NCBI GenBank assembly: GCA_009695045.1
Contig: SIBS01000003.1
Location: 10,561 to 74,560 of the forward strand
Reading direction: 5' to 3'
From: Candidatus Levyibacteriota bacterium
GTDB taxonomy: Bacteria > Patescibacteriota > Microgenomatia > Levybacterales > UBA12049
Length of the DNA stretch: 64,000 bases
A program made the translations under genes and the position numbers. The notes beneath the pieces are model-generated. The model ran no database searches and had not been told where the DNA came from. It worked only from the letters and a program-made list of their open reading frames with translations. Below are positions 1 through 9,290 of the stretch, piece by piece. Within the stretch, counting starts at the first letter, position 1, and every line of letters begins with the position of its first letter.

Positions 1-108
1 TAATAATAGGAACTTCAGAATTAAGCATGCAGACTCAAAATGAAAATCTTACAAAACAAGCTGAAGCATTTTATCAAGAATTACGAAAAAAAAGCATACC
101 ACTTTAAT
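1..108 (+). CDS. 3' end of a CDS entering the window (hypothetical), ...IIGTSELSMQTQNENLTKQAEAFYQELRKKSIPL*
   Basis: Open frame from base 1 to TAA at 106-108; no recognisable motif. Confidence 0.25.
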
Positions 109-144
109 CTTGACATATTTTATAAACTTGATTAGGATAAATAT

Positions 145-891
145 ATGCAAAAAACTCCTTTTGGAATTATTGTCTTCTTCTTTTTCTGTCTCTTTATTTA
201 CACAAAATTTATTGGACCTATTCCATTTTTTGTAAATAGCGTTCAGACAACAAAAACTGATTTTTTCAAAGTTCAAGGTACGGGTGAGGCAACTGCAGTA
301 CCAAATACAGCAGTTATAGTAATAGGTATTACAAAATCATCTAAAAATACCGTTGACGCACAAAAAGCAGTAAATATAGTCATGAATACAATTACAAAAG
401 ATCTAAAAAATCTTGGACTAGAAGATAAAGACATAAAAACTATAAATTATTCTATAAATCCTGATTATGATTCTTATCATATAAATGAAATAGAAAAACA
501 AAAAATAAAAAGTTACAGCGTTGCACAGGAAATAGAAATTAAAATTAAACCAATAGAAAAAGCAGAAAAAGCAATAGATATTGCAACAAAAAATGGAGCA
601 AATATAATAAATGGAGCAAGATTTATATTAGATGATAAAACAATAAAAGAATTACAAGAAAAAGCACAGAAAAAAGCTATTTCAAACGCAAAATTAAAAG
701 CAGAAAGCCTAGCAACGGCCACAGGACTACATCTTGGAAAAATAATAGATGTACAGATTCAAGAAAATCAACCAATATTTGCGATGAAAACCTTTAATAC
801 AGATACAATACTTGAAGGAGATACAACGAATCTTAATCCAGGAGAAAATAAAATAGAGATAACCATTACATTGTCATATGAACTTAGATAA
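145..891 (+). CDS. SIMPL/DUF541-family periplasmic protein (YggE-like)
   Basis: 248 aa with an N-terminal hydrophobic segment. Lys-rich repeat-like body and C-terminal ...NLNPGENKIEITITLSYEL, typical of SIMPL-domain proteins. Confidence 0.55.
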   Translation: MQKTPFGIIVFFFFCLFIYTKFIGPIPFFVNSVQTTKTDFFKVQGTGEATAVPNTAVIVIGITKSSKNTVDAQKAVNIVMNTITKDLKNLGLEDKDIKTINYSINPDYDSYHINEIEKQKIKSYSVAQEIEIKIKPIEKAEKAIDIATKNGANIINGARFILDDKTIKELQEKAQKKAISNAKLKAESLATATGLHLGKIIDVQIQENQPIFAMKTFNTDTILEGDTTNLNPGENKIEITITLSYELR

Positions 892-1114
892 TTATTTTTT
901 GAATGTCACACTACAATATGATATAATTATATGTATGAATGAAAAAAAAGGAGAATTATCAAAAATTCTTGCCAATAGATTTGGATTAAATTCAGAGCTT
1001 ATTAATTCTTTAGCGTCAACTGGAAAAGCTCAAGACATATTAAGTGCAGCAGTAATATTATTTGATCTAAAAAGAATTACAAATAAAAACGATATTAAGA
1101 AAAAAGATAAATAA
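878..1114 (+). CDS. small hypothetical protein (78 aa)
   Basis: ORF only, overlapping the previous gene's end; no motif. Confidence 0.25.
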   Translation: MNLDNYFLNVTLQYDIIICMNEKKGELSKILANRFGLNSELINSLASTGKAQDILSAAVILFDLKRITNKNDIKKKDK

Positions 1115-1123
1115 TTGTTACAG

Positions 1124-2074
1124 CTATTCATTTCCAGAATGAAAAGTCTTGTGAATATCTCTTAGCTGCTTATTTGTAACGTGTGTATAAATTTGAGTTG
1201 TCGCAATATTTTTATGACCCAGCATCTCCTGCACTGAGCGAATATCCGCACCATTAGTAAGCAGATCTGTAGCAAAAGAATGACGAAGTGTATGCACCGT
1301 AGCATCAACAGGTAACTTAGCAATTTTTACATATTTCTTAACTATACGTTCTATACTTCTTGCCGTTAGTCGCATTTTTTCTCCATTATCCTCATTACTC
1401 TCTTTACCTGAATATCGACGAAATAGGGGATAATAATCATCTTCTCTTGATGCTAAATATCTTTCTACCCATTCACATGCTCTATCAGAAATAAAAACAA
1501 CCCTAGCTCTACCTCCTTTACCGATAATGCCAAATTCGCGCCGTTCTGTATTTATTTGACCATGATTAAGTTTTACCAATTCAGATACTCTAAGTCCCGT
1601 AGAAAAAAGTAACTCAAATATTGCCCTATCTCGAATACCATCCTCTTTGGAAGTATCAATAGAAATAACCAACCTATCTATTTGCTCTCTATCTAAAAAT
1701 TTTAATGACCTACTTTCTGTTTTTGGCAATTCAATTCTAGATGGCTCTAATGTTTTATAATCGTTTTTAATTAAAAATCTCAAAAAAGAACGAAGAGCAA
1801 TTACATAATAATTTTGAGTTACTTTTTTAAGAGTTAATCCCTTTTCATTAATTCGATTTGCCAAGTAGACACGATATCTTCTTATTGTTATTAAATCTAA
1901 ATCTTCTATATTTTTATCTGGTAGAGTAGAGGATAGCCACTTATTAAAAGAGATTAAGTAATGTCTATAATCCCGAATTGTAAGCTTAGAACAATTTTTC
2001 TCAATTTCCATATGTTCAAGAAAATCATCGATTAATTTTGAAATAACTATATTCATATATATATTGTGCGACAT
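1124..2074 (-). CDS. tyrosine recombinase, XerC/XerD family
   Basis: C-terminal catalytic signature HTLRHSFATDLLTNGADIRSVQEMLGHKNIATTQIYTHV and an N-terminal SAM-like core-binding domain. Ends with TAG at 1124-1126. Confidence 0.85.
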   Translation of the reverse strand: MSHNIYMNIVISKLIDDFLEHMEIEKNCSKLTIRDYRHYLISFNKWLSSTLPDKNIEDLDLITIRRYRVYLANRINEKGLTLKKVTQNYYVIALRSFLRFLIKNDYKTLEPSRIELPKTESRSLKFLDREQIDRLVISIDTSKEDGIRDRAIFELLFSTGLRVSELVKLNHGQINTERREFGIIGKGGRARVVFISDRACEWVERYLASREDDYYPLFRRYSGKESNEDNGEKMRLTARSIERIVKKYVKIAKLPVDATVHTLRHSFATDLLTNGADIRSVQEMLGHKNIATTQIYTHVTNKQLRDIHKTFHSGNE

Positions 2075-2120
2075 ATAAAGAACGTTGTCAAATATAGTAA
2101 TTTATAAAATATATCCCTGA

Positions 2121-2148
2121 TTGACAAGGCTTAAAAGACTGCTACAAT
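2121..2148 (+). promoter_or_regulatory. sigma70-like promoter (TTGACA-16nt-TACAAT) for transaldolase
   Basis: TTGACA at 2121-2126 and TACAAT at 2143-2148. The ATG at 2158 lies about 10 nt after the -10 box, so the mRNA may be leaderless. Confidence 0.4.
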
Positions 2149-3114
2149 GTGAAATATATGGACAATAAAAAAATAAATTTTATTCCAAATAAAACTCATT
2201 TTCTATTAGATAGTGGTGATCCTGAAGAATATGATGAAATCGGAAAACTCGCCAAAGTTAGAGGTAGTGAAATATGGGGATCCACAACAAATCCTAGTCT
2301 TATTGCAAAAAAATTATCTTCAGAAAATAAAAGACTTACTACGAAAGAGGCATTTAAATTACAAAAACAGATAGTAATGCAGATTGTTCAAATTGTGCCA
2401 GGACCAGTTTCCGCGGAAGTATACGCAGATCATACAACTTCATCAAAAAACATGATTAAACAAGGACAAGAAATATCAACATGGCATGAACGAGTGGTCG
2501 TAAAACTTCCAACAACTATCGAAGGATTTAAGGCGCGAACAGAACTTCGAAAAAAAGGCATCTGCACAAATAATACTCTCGTATTTTCTCAACAACAAAT
2601 CTTTGCTATTTGTCTACATGAGCAACTCATTCAAAAAAAATATGGTCCAACCAATAATATTTACCCACCATTCATTTCGCCATTCGTAGGCAGACTAGAT
2701 GATATTGGCCAAAATGGTATGCAATTAGTTGATAATGGTATGCAAATAAAAGAGCATTTTAAGACATACTTATCAAAATTACCATTTTCCATCTGGATGC
2801 TCGAAGCATCTGTAAGATCAATTGATCATATAAAGCTTGGCATATTAGCTAAAAGCGAGCTTATTACCGCTCCTGCAAAATTATATAAAGAATGGTTTGC
2901 ATTATCAAATAAAGAACAAGAATCAGCTCCCGACAAGATTAATTCAACGCTAAGAGAATTAGAATATTGGCAAGCACCAAGCGAAATAAATGGAATTGAC
3001 TCACTAGACAAATTATTTGAAGCAATTACGACTAATAGGCTTAATGTTCTACACGAGCTTACCAATCAAGGAATAGATAAATTTGTTGCCGATTGGAAAA
3101 ACATACTTTCCTAA
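2149..3114 (+). CDS. tal: transaldolase
   Basis: FLLDSGDPEEY...GSTTNPSL N-terminal transaldolase signature, about 320 aa. The listed start is GTG; an ATG at 2158 is more likely. Confidence 0.85.
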   Translation: MKYMDNKKINFIPNKTHFLLDSGDPEEYDEIGKLAKVRGSEIWGSTTNPSLIAKKLSSENKRLTTKEAFKLQKQIVMQIVQIVPGPVSAEVYADHTTSSKNMIKQGQEISTWHERVVVKLPTTIEGFKARTELRKKGICTNNTLVFSQQQIFAICLHEQLIQKKYGPTNNIYPPFISPFVGRLDDIGQNGMQLVDNGMQIKEHFKTYLSKLPFSIWMLEASVRSIDHIKLGILAKSELITAPAKLYKEWFALSNKEQESAPDKINSTLRELEYWQAPSEINGIDSLDKLFEAITTNRLNVLHELTNQGIDKFVADWKNILS

Positions 3115-3326
3115 ATCCCAACATAGTCATATGCTATATTGAATAACTATGAACAATGAAAAAGATATCTCCAATTAAATTAATAAAAAAACCTCACGTA
3201 GGGAATACGCTTAATAACTTGATAGTAATTAAATTTAAAAACTATCAAAAAATTTCCCTAAAAATGAATATAAAATAAAAATTAAACACACATATATATC
3301 GCTGACAATATAAAATCGCATAATAT

Positions 3327-3355
3327 TTGACTTTAACATAAATCATACATATAAT
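3327..3355 (+). promoter_or_regulatory. sigma70-like promoter (TTGACT-17nt-TATAAT)
   Basis: TTGACT at 3327-3332 and a perfect TATAAT at 3350-3355. The ATG at 3362 is 7 nt downstream, giving a putative leaderless transcript. Confidence 0.45.
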
Positions 3356-3361
3356 TTAGCC

Positions 3362-3892
3362 ATGAAATCAGAAAATCTCAATATAATGAAACGTAAAGAA
3401 CTAGCAGCTCATATTCTGAGTGCCTCTATTTTTGGCGCCATATCACTTAGAGCCATTCAATCGCTTTCTAGCATAGAAGCTGTGACTCCGATAAATAATC
3501 CTATTACGCCTACCGAAACTATACCAATTTATCCATCTTTATACGGAAAATATTTTAAAAATGAAAATAAAGAAACAATTTTTATTGATAGCCCCAATGA
3601 AGTAATAACAATAAAAAAATTAAAAACCATAAGTGGAGGTAGTCAATTTGAAAAAGTTATTATCAGAAATAAACCATTTACTGGTGACGTAGGTATAGAC
3701 GATATAACTATGGATCCAGATGTAAATATTACTAATTTAGTTCTTGCAAGAGTAATTGGATCCTCTTATGGATTAAATACAGATATTATTAGAAATAGAT
3801 ATATAAAAAATCCAGATAATATAAAAACTGAAATTAATGTTGGGACTTGGTATGAATTTGGTATATTAAAAAATAATAAATTTATTCAGTAG
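3362..3892 (+). CDS. hypothetical secreted protein (176 aa)
   Basis: N-terminal signal-like hydrophobic stretch; no recognisable domain. Confidence 0.45.
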   Translation: MKSENLNIMKRKELAAHILSASIFGAISLRAIQSLSSIEAVTPINNPITPTETIPIYPSLYGKYFKNENKETIFIDSPNEVITIKKLKTISGGSQFEKVIIRNKPFTGDVGIDDITMDPDVNITNLVLARVIGSSYGLNTDIIRNRYIKNPDNIKTEINVGTWYEFGILKNNKFIQ

Positions 3893-4961
3893 ATCCTCGC
3901 ACATCCATATCTAATGAATTTCAGCGTTATTTTATTTCAAGAGATTCTTTTATTGATGGACCAATTATCCAGCTCCCAACACCGCCTTATAATAATAAAT
4001 AATTAATCTCACTTATGCTCCCCTAATGAGAAATTCGAATAGGGGAAGACGTTGAGAGTTTTCATAGAAAAATTACAGTATTAATATATATTTTAAAGCT
4101 AATTTATGTGAAAATGAAGCTAATAATTCTACTTACTAAGTCCTATAGTAGGGAAGTGCAAAAATACTTACTTATTAGATAATATAAGAAGAATATAGCC
4201 ACAATATAGTTTGATAATTATAAATTATATCTTAATATTGAATCTAAATAAGCGATTTTTAACCCCTCTCATTAATGCCAACCACTACATTATGTCGCAA
4301 AAGTTATATTATGCGACATAACTAATTATAACTCCCTAACGCTCTAATAACACCATATTTTAGTATTGATATAGCGCACACAAGACTCACATAGCAAGGA
4401 AGTCAATATACCAATCAAGCGACAACTATACCTCGAATATTGAACATATGTAGATCTTAAAGGATTATCTATTGTCATAGACAATCCTACGCCCTTTCTC
4501 TAATATGTATGCATCAGTGCTGTGAAAATTCAAACATCTAATATATAAGTCTGTATTTTAGCCTCATTTCTGTGAAAAGTGAAGCTACACATGAATATGT
4601 TTCGTATTTTTTTCAAATTTTATTATGATTAAATACGATTAAATAGGTATCATCCTCTAATAGGCATAGATCAACCTGAGCTCATGATTAATATAGCAAA
4701 AGAAATATACTATTAATTCCATAATTAATTTTGAAGCCATTTATTCCTGTGAAAAATATACCCTAAGCCTTGTGAAAATTCTTATCCACACAGCTTAATA
4801 TTTTGTGATTAAATTAATATATCAGACTATATCAAATTCTTACAAACATTATAGGCTATTTATTATAGATAATTACCGAATGAAACCTACCTCACTCCTC
4901 TACTCTTTGATATCTAAAAAAATAATTTTCTTTATATAATTTAATTATAAATAAAATTAAA
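3893..4961. other. 1.07-kb non-coding AT-rich island with DnaA-box-like 9-mers, repeats and palindromes (possible oriC-like/DnaA-regulated region or decayed locus)
   Basis: No ORF of 60 aa or more. Perfect TTATCCACA at 4782-4790 and TTATCCACG near 4963-4971. At least 5 copies of YTGTGAAAA(T), complement ATTTTCACA, at about 4107, 4521, 4571, 4748 and 4771. A 16-17 nt repeat TGTGAAAA(G)TGAAGCTA at 4108 and 4572. Palindromes at 4290-4321 and 4461-4488. AT-only stretch at 4880-4960. Confidence 0.35.
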
Positions 4962-5798
4962 TTATCCACGCCATGGTGTAAAAAAGATAAGCATAAAAAA
5001 TACTAAAGCACCTACCCAAATATACTCCCACATCACTCCTCTAAATAATCGCCTATCAAACCATGCATGAGAAAGACCAATAATTGTATAAAAAATTCCG
5101 GTCAAAAATAAAGAAATAAGTGTCGGAGTACTTGGCCAAAACCAAAGCACAATTGAGAGTTCAAAAAGACATAGTGCCAATACGGTAACCCAATTTATAG
5201 TCTTAATAATTGATTTTTCAAATGTTACTGCAATTGATTGAAAAGCTGCCATAAATGAGAAGAGAAAAATAAACAATGAAGATATATATACCGACAAATG
5301 AAGCGTAAGAATTACTGTTATTAAAAAATAATAAGATATAAGTGTAGTAGCCAGAGATACGATTCTAGCACCAGATAACAATGGGATCGTGCGAAGTGAT
5401 GCAACAATAAAAATATTTTGACTCAAATATAAAGAGTACAATCCAACTGCGTAAATTACAGTCATTAAAAATCTAGATAAAAATCTAGGTGGAGTAAGAA
5501 AATAAAATAAACCAGTAGCTAATGTATAAAAAAATAATGGGAATAAATATACATATAGAGATCTGTTTCCTTTAAGCTCATCCCGTATAGAAAAGAAAAA
5601 TAATAAAGATGAAAGTAAAGAAAGAAAGAGCGTGATTAAAAATCCAGATTTACCAAAAAATTGCTCTGAAAAGAATAATCCAAATGAAAGTATGATTATT
5701 GAAATAATAAAACGTTGTCTTTTTGTAAAATAAAATTTATCAAAAATTGATATATTAAAAATCCCATTACCTAATAAAGAAAACTTTTTTTTTGCCAT
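4962..5798 (-). CDS. polytopic integral membrane protein, hypothetical
   Basis: 278 aa, mostly hydrophobic helices; no motif. Confidence 0.5.
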   Translation of the reverse strand: MAKKKFSLLGNGIFNISIFDKFYFTKRQRFIISIIILSFGLFFSEQFFGKSGFLITLFLSLLSSLLFFFSIRDELKGNRSLYVYLFPLFFYTLATGLFYFLTPPRFLSRFLMTVIYAVGLYSLYLSQNIFIVASLRTIPLLSGARIVSLATTLISYYFLITVILTLHLSVYISSLFIFLFSFMAAFQSIAVTFEKSIIKTINWVTVLALCLFELSIVLWFWPSTPTLISLFLTGIFYTIIGLSHAWFDRRLFRGVMWEYIWVGALVFFMLIFFTPWRG

Positions 5799-5820
5799 AA
5801 TATATGCCTAGTAAATTATA

Positions 5821-6570
5821 CTAGCCTAATGTCTTCATGATTTCATCTAAAATATCAAAATTAGCATAAACCTTTTGCACATCATCTAATGCTTCTATTT
5901 TTTCAATAAAAAAAAATAGTTTTTGAGCTGTTTCCATATCAGTAATTTGAACTGTAATATTAGGACGCCTTGTGAGCTCTGAATCAGTAATTTTTATTTT
6001 ATTACTCAAATTATCACGAATTTTCCCTAGTTCATCAGGCTTTGTATAGATAAGAACTTCCCCGCTTAATTCCTCTATATCTTCTGCTCCAGCATCTGCT
6101 GCTATAAGAAATAAATCATCGAGAGATGATTTATCATTTTCTGCAGTTATTAATCCCTTCTGATCAAATCTATATAAAACTGTGCCCTGATTAGCCATGG
6201 TTCCACCATTTTTTTCTATAATATTTTTTATTTCTGGGCCTGTTCTCATTTTATTATCTGTTGTTGCTTCAATAATAATTCCTATTCCGCCAAAAGCAAA
6301 TGCTTCATATATTACGCTCTCCATTTCATTTGCCTGTTTTCCTGATGCCCTTACAATGGCACGCTCAATATTTTCCTTAGGCATATTTATCCCTCTTGCT
6401 TTTTCAATCATTAATCTAAGCCTGAAGTTAATTGCAGGATCAGATACTCCCCCACCTTGTCTTACTGCTACGGTAATTGCATTTGCAAGTTTTGTAAATG
6501 CCTGACCTCTTTTTATATCAGTTACACCTTTTTGCCTTTTTATTTGTTTCCATTTTGAATGTCCACTCAT
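5821..6570 (-). CDS. yebC: YebC/PmpR-family transcriptional regulatory protein
   Basis: MSGHSKWKQIKRQKG...KLANAITVAVRQGGG...NFRLR..IEKAR..NMPKENIERAI family signature. Confidence 0.9.
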   Translation of the reverse strand: MSGHSKWKQIKRQKGVTDIKRGQAFTKLANAITVAVRQGGGVSDPAINFRLRLMIEKARGINMPKENIERAIVRASGKQANEMESVIYEAFAFGGIGIIIEATTDNKMRTGPEIKNIIEKNGGTMANQGTVLYRFDQKGLITAENDKSSLDDLFLIAADAGAEDIEELSGEVLIYTKPDELGKIRDNLSNKIKITDSELTRRPNITVQITDMETAQKLFFFIEKIEALDDVQKVYANFDILDEIMKTLG

Positions 6571-6712
6571 AATTATATTTTAAATTTTACAGAAAATTAG
6601 TACTAAATTTTAATGGCTCAGAAGATATATTATACTCTTTTCCCATTGACTTTTGCAAAAAATGTATGTAGAATTTTCAACAATATAATAAACATTTATT
6701 AGGCACTATATT

Positions 6713-7435
6713 ATGTCCTCAATTAAAAATCAAGCGATTGAAACAGCTCTTACGGGTAACTGGGAAAAAGCAATTGCGTTAAACCAAGAACTACTTAAAG
6801 ATAACCCCCAAGACACTGAAGCACTAAACAGATTAGCATTTGCATTAAATGCAAAAAGAGAAACAAAAGAGGCAAAAAAAATATATCAACAGGTATTAGA
6901 AATTGACATGCTCAATAAAATTGCGATACGAGGATTAAAGAGAATTTCTGATTCATGGAACAATGAGATAGACATAAACAATACTTATCCAATTATCACA
7001 AGTAATTTATTTATAGAAGAAACTGGAAAAACAAAAGTTATCGAGCTCATTCATACAGAGCAAAAAATTACCTCATCGCTTCATATAGGGGAAAGGGTTT
7101 TATTATCTATCAAAAGATTAAAAATATTTATTCATGATGATAAAAAGAGATACGCCGGCACAATTCCAGATAATATAGGAAAAAGGTTAGTCAAGTTATT
7201 ATCTGGAGGGAATATCTATGAAGCATTTGTAAAATCTCTTGAAAATAATCATATTACAGTTTTTATAAGAGAGATTAAAAGATCTGATAAATTCCTGAAT
7301 CAACCGTCATTCATAAATGATCAAAAAAAATTTGTTTTACAAAAAAATACTACACCCATATTGAAGAAAAAATCTAAAAAAATAGAGGAGGATATAGAAG
7401 AAGATTATTCAGAAGAAGTAGATGAAGTTCTTTAA
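6713..7435 (+). CDS. TPR-repeat protein with acidic C-terminus, hypothetical
   Basis: N-terminal TPR-like AxxLxxNPxDxEALNRLAFAL repeats. Confidence 0.5.
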   Translation: MSSIKNQAIETALTGNWEKAIALNQELLKDNPQDTEALNRLAFALNAKRETKEAKKIYQQVLEIDMLNKIAIRGLKRISDSWNNEIDINNTYPIITSNLFIEETGKTKVIELIHTEQKITSSLHIGERVLLSIKRLKIFIHDDKKRYAGTIPDNIGKRLVKLLSGGNIYEAFVKSLENNHITVFIREIKRSDKFLNQPSFINDQKKFVLQKNTTPILKKKSKKIEEDIEEDYSEEVDEVL

Positions 7436-7452
7436 CTAGCAATATTAAAATA

Positions 7453-8286
7453 TTAAAACAGCAGATTAGATAAATTATTTTTTCCTATAAAAATAGTTAC
7501 ATCTGAAATATCCATATTATCTTTATTATTAATTTTAAAAGAAAGTATTTGTGCAATTCTTCGAGCAGTATAATTATTCTCTTTTGAATATAGAATTTCA
7601 GAATCAGAAATTAAATTATCAGAAGTAGAAACCGACACAACATTTCCACCAATATTAGTTATAAGTCTTGCGATTCTATTTCCAAGTCCCGCAACACCGG
7701 TGCCATTAACAATCGCTATACTTATTTTTTCCCGCACTATTTCTCTATCGGTGAACAAAAAAGAAGTTATTCTATCAAGGGATAAATCGTCTAATGGGAG
7801 GACTATCTCCCTAGTAATGATGCTATGAGATGAAATACCAGAAGCATAGAAACATAAACGAATTAAATCTACAAATGTAACATTAGTTTCCCTTCGATTG
7901 AAAAGTAAGTTTTTGATTTCTCTTATTACTTCATCTCTATTTTTTCCAAAACTATTTTTAAAAATTGCTAGACTAGTGGGAACAACATATCCATCAATTG
8001 GAGCCTTAATATAATATCCTAATTTTTTGGGGTCTAATTTACCAGAAATATGCATTATAGTTATTGTTCCCTTATCTGGGGATAAAGAAAATAATGTTGC
8101 TTTTTTTTCTGATAAATCTTTAGTGTATGTCAATAAATTAAAGGTATGCAATCCATCAAATTTACTTTTTAAAATGATGGTTATTAACTTAAATAAAAAA
8201 GAAATCCCAATAAAAATTGTTAATCCTATGAAAAATATAGCAACTATTTTAAGATTATTTTTATCTGAGACTCTTTGTGGAATCAT
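7453..8286 (-). CDS. membrane-anchored hypothetical protein (N-terminal TM helix)
   Basis: Single N-terminal hydrophobic helix; no motif. Confidence 0.5.
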   Translation of the reverse strand: MIPQRVSDKNNLKIVAIFFIGLTIFIGISFLFKLITIILKSKFDGLHTFNLLTYTKDLSEKKATLFSLSPDKGTITIMHISGKLDPKKLGYYIKAPIDGYVVPTSLAIFKNSFGKNRDEVIREIKNLLFNRRETNVTFVDLIRLCFYASGISSHSIITREIVLPLDDLSLDRITSFLFTDREIVREKISIAIVNGTGVAGLGNRIARLITNIGGNVVSVSTSDNLISDSEILYSKENNYTARRIAQILSFKINNKDNMDISDVTIFIGKNNLSNLLF

Positions 8287-8420
8287 TCGTCTTTTCGCTT
8301 TTTTTCAATCATCTTAGGAAGAGAGAAAACAGGCGCAGTTGAAATTTCGATGCTTTTATTATTTTTTCCTTTTTTTGGTTTCTTTTTTTCCCCTTTATAA
8401 AATCCTCCAAAACTTCCCAT
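8283..8420 (-). CDS. small Lys-rich ORF (45 aa) MGSFGGFYKGEKKKPKKGKNNKSIEISTAPVFSLPKMIEKKRKDE
   Basis: GGAGA Shine-Dalgarno about 10 nt upstream of the ATG at 8420. Its TGA stop overlaps the ATG of the 7453..8286 gene as ATGA. Confidence 0.3.
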   Translation of the reverse strand: MGSFGGFYKGEKKKPKKGKNNKSIEISTAPVFSLPKMIEKKRKDE

Positions 8421-8510
8421 AATTACTCATCTCCGTAATATAATACTAATATAGCTTGAATAAAAATGCAAATCTTATCAACATATAAAAAAGTATTCTT
8501 AAATCTTGAT

Positions 8511-9290
8511 TTACTGCTTCTTCTTTAAGCTTCTGAGAAATTGATCTAAATCCTTTGGTAGCGGGCTCTGAAAAATCACTTCCGCTTTAGTTTTTGGGTG
8601 ATAAAATTGAATCTTTGCTGCATGAAGAAACATACGAGATAATAATTTTCTATCTTGATTCATTGTCTTTCTTCCAGCATAAAGTGGATCTGAGAATATC
8701 GGATGATTCAAATGTTTTAAGTGAACTCTAATCTGATGAGTTCTGCCAGTTTTGGGATAAATCTCAACTAATGAAAGCTGTTCTCCTTTTCTCCCTAAAT
8801 CTAAATATTTAATTTCTAGTACTTTATAATTAGTTACAGATTCCCTACCACCAGCAATAACACCAAAATGAGTTCTATTCCATGGAAGACGACCAATTGG
8901 CACATTAATTTCTCCTTCTGAAGGCTCCAATAATCCATGAGCCAATGCAAGATATGTTTTCGCTATTACTCTTTCCTTAAATTGTCTTTGTAAATCAATA
9001 AATGTAGATTCATTTTTTGCAACTAAAAGAACTCCTGAAGTTTCTTTATCAATTCTGTGCACAATCCCAGATCGTTTATGAAAATCAGAATCTTTATCTT
9101 CAGGAATTCGATTAGTTAAAATATTAATAGTCTCATTATTATAAAATTTTAAAAATGAAAATTTATTCTCAACCCACTCCTGAATAGTTTCTTCATGGAT
9201 AGTCGTATCAGACTCATTTACAATAATACCAGATGGCTTATCTAAAACAACTATATCTGCATCTTCAAAAATTATTGAAATTTCCACCAT
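8511..9290 (-). CDS. RluA-family pseudouridine synthase (RluD-like)
   Basis: HRIDKETSGVLLVAKNE catalytic Asp motif. Confidence 0.85.
   Translation of the reverse strand: MVEISIIFEDADIVVLDKPSGIIVNESDTTIHEETIQEWVENKFSFLKFYNNETINILTNRIPEDKDSDFHKRSGIVHRIDKETSGVLLVAKNESTFIDLQRQFKERVIAKTYLALAHGLLEPSEGEINVPIGRLPWNRTHFGVIAGGRESVTNYKVLEIKYLDLGRKGEQLSLVEIYPKTGRTHQIRVHLKHLNHPIFSDPLYAGRKTMNQDRKLLSRMFLHAAKIQFYHPKTKAEVIFQSPLPKDLDQFLRSLKKKQ

Noticed and set aside
1124-2074. Tyrosine recombinase as a marker of an integrated mobile element spanning 0.9-5 kb
   Set aside because: The protein has a full XerC/D-type N-terminal core-binding domain and typical length. No flanking direct repeats, tRNA attachment site or phage or plasmid cargo were seen. 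It is most simply the housekeeping dimer-resolution recombinase.
4020-4050. tRNA-like or tmRNA-like element suggested by the ttcgaataggggaag hairpin in the non-coding island
   Set aside because: Only a 6-bp hairpin (ccccta/tagggg) is present. There is no acceptor stem or CCA and no T-loop consensus.
6197-6505. Listed antisense or embedded ORFs. Examples: 49..276, 513..722, 2826..3065, 6197..6505, 8027..8317, 9552..9734, 10984..11229, 13777..13977, 15978..16229, 16330..16578, 16756..17145, 18396..18608, 19071..19325, 19666..19857, 21107..21373, 23983..24228, 24316..24618, 24653..24847, 26001..26186, 26279..26476, 27932..28150, 28776..29042, 28970..29194, 32985..33218, 33468..33656, 39090..39272, 42176..42481, 43486..43668, 44332..44535, 45991..46230, 46935..47120, 48707..49072, 50951..51286, 51713..51949, 53593..53796, 61218..61400, 61283..61672, 62228..62419, 63538..63822.
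   Set aside because: Each lies wholly inside, and mostly antisense to, a longer ORF with clear family motifs; they are treated as shadow ORFs.
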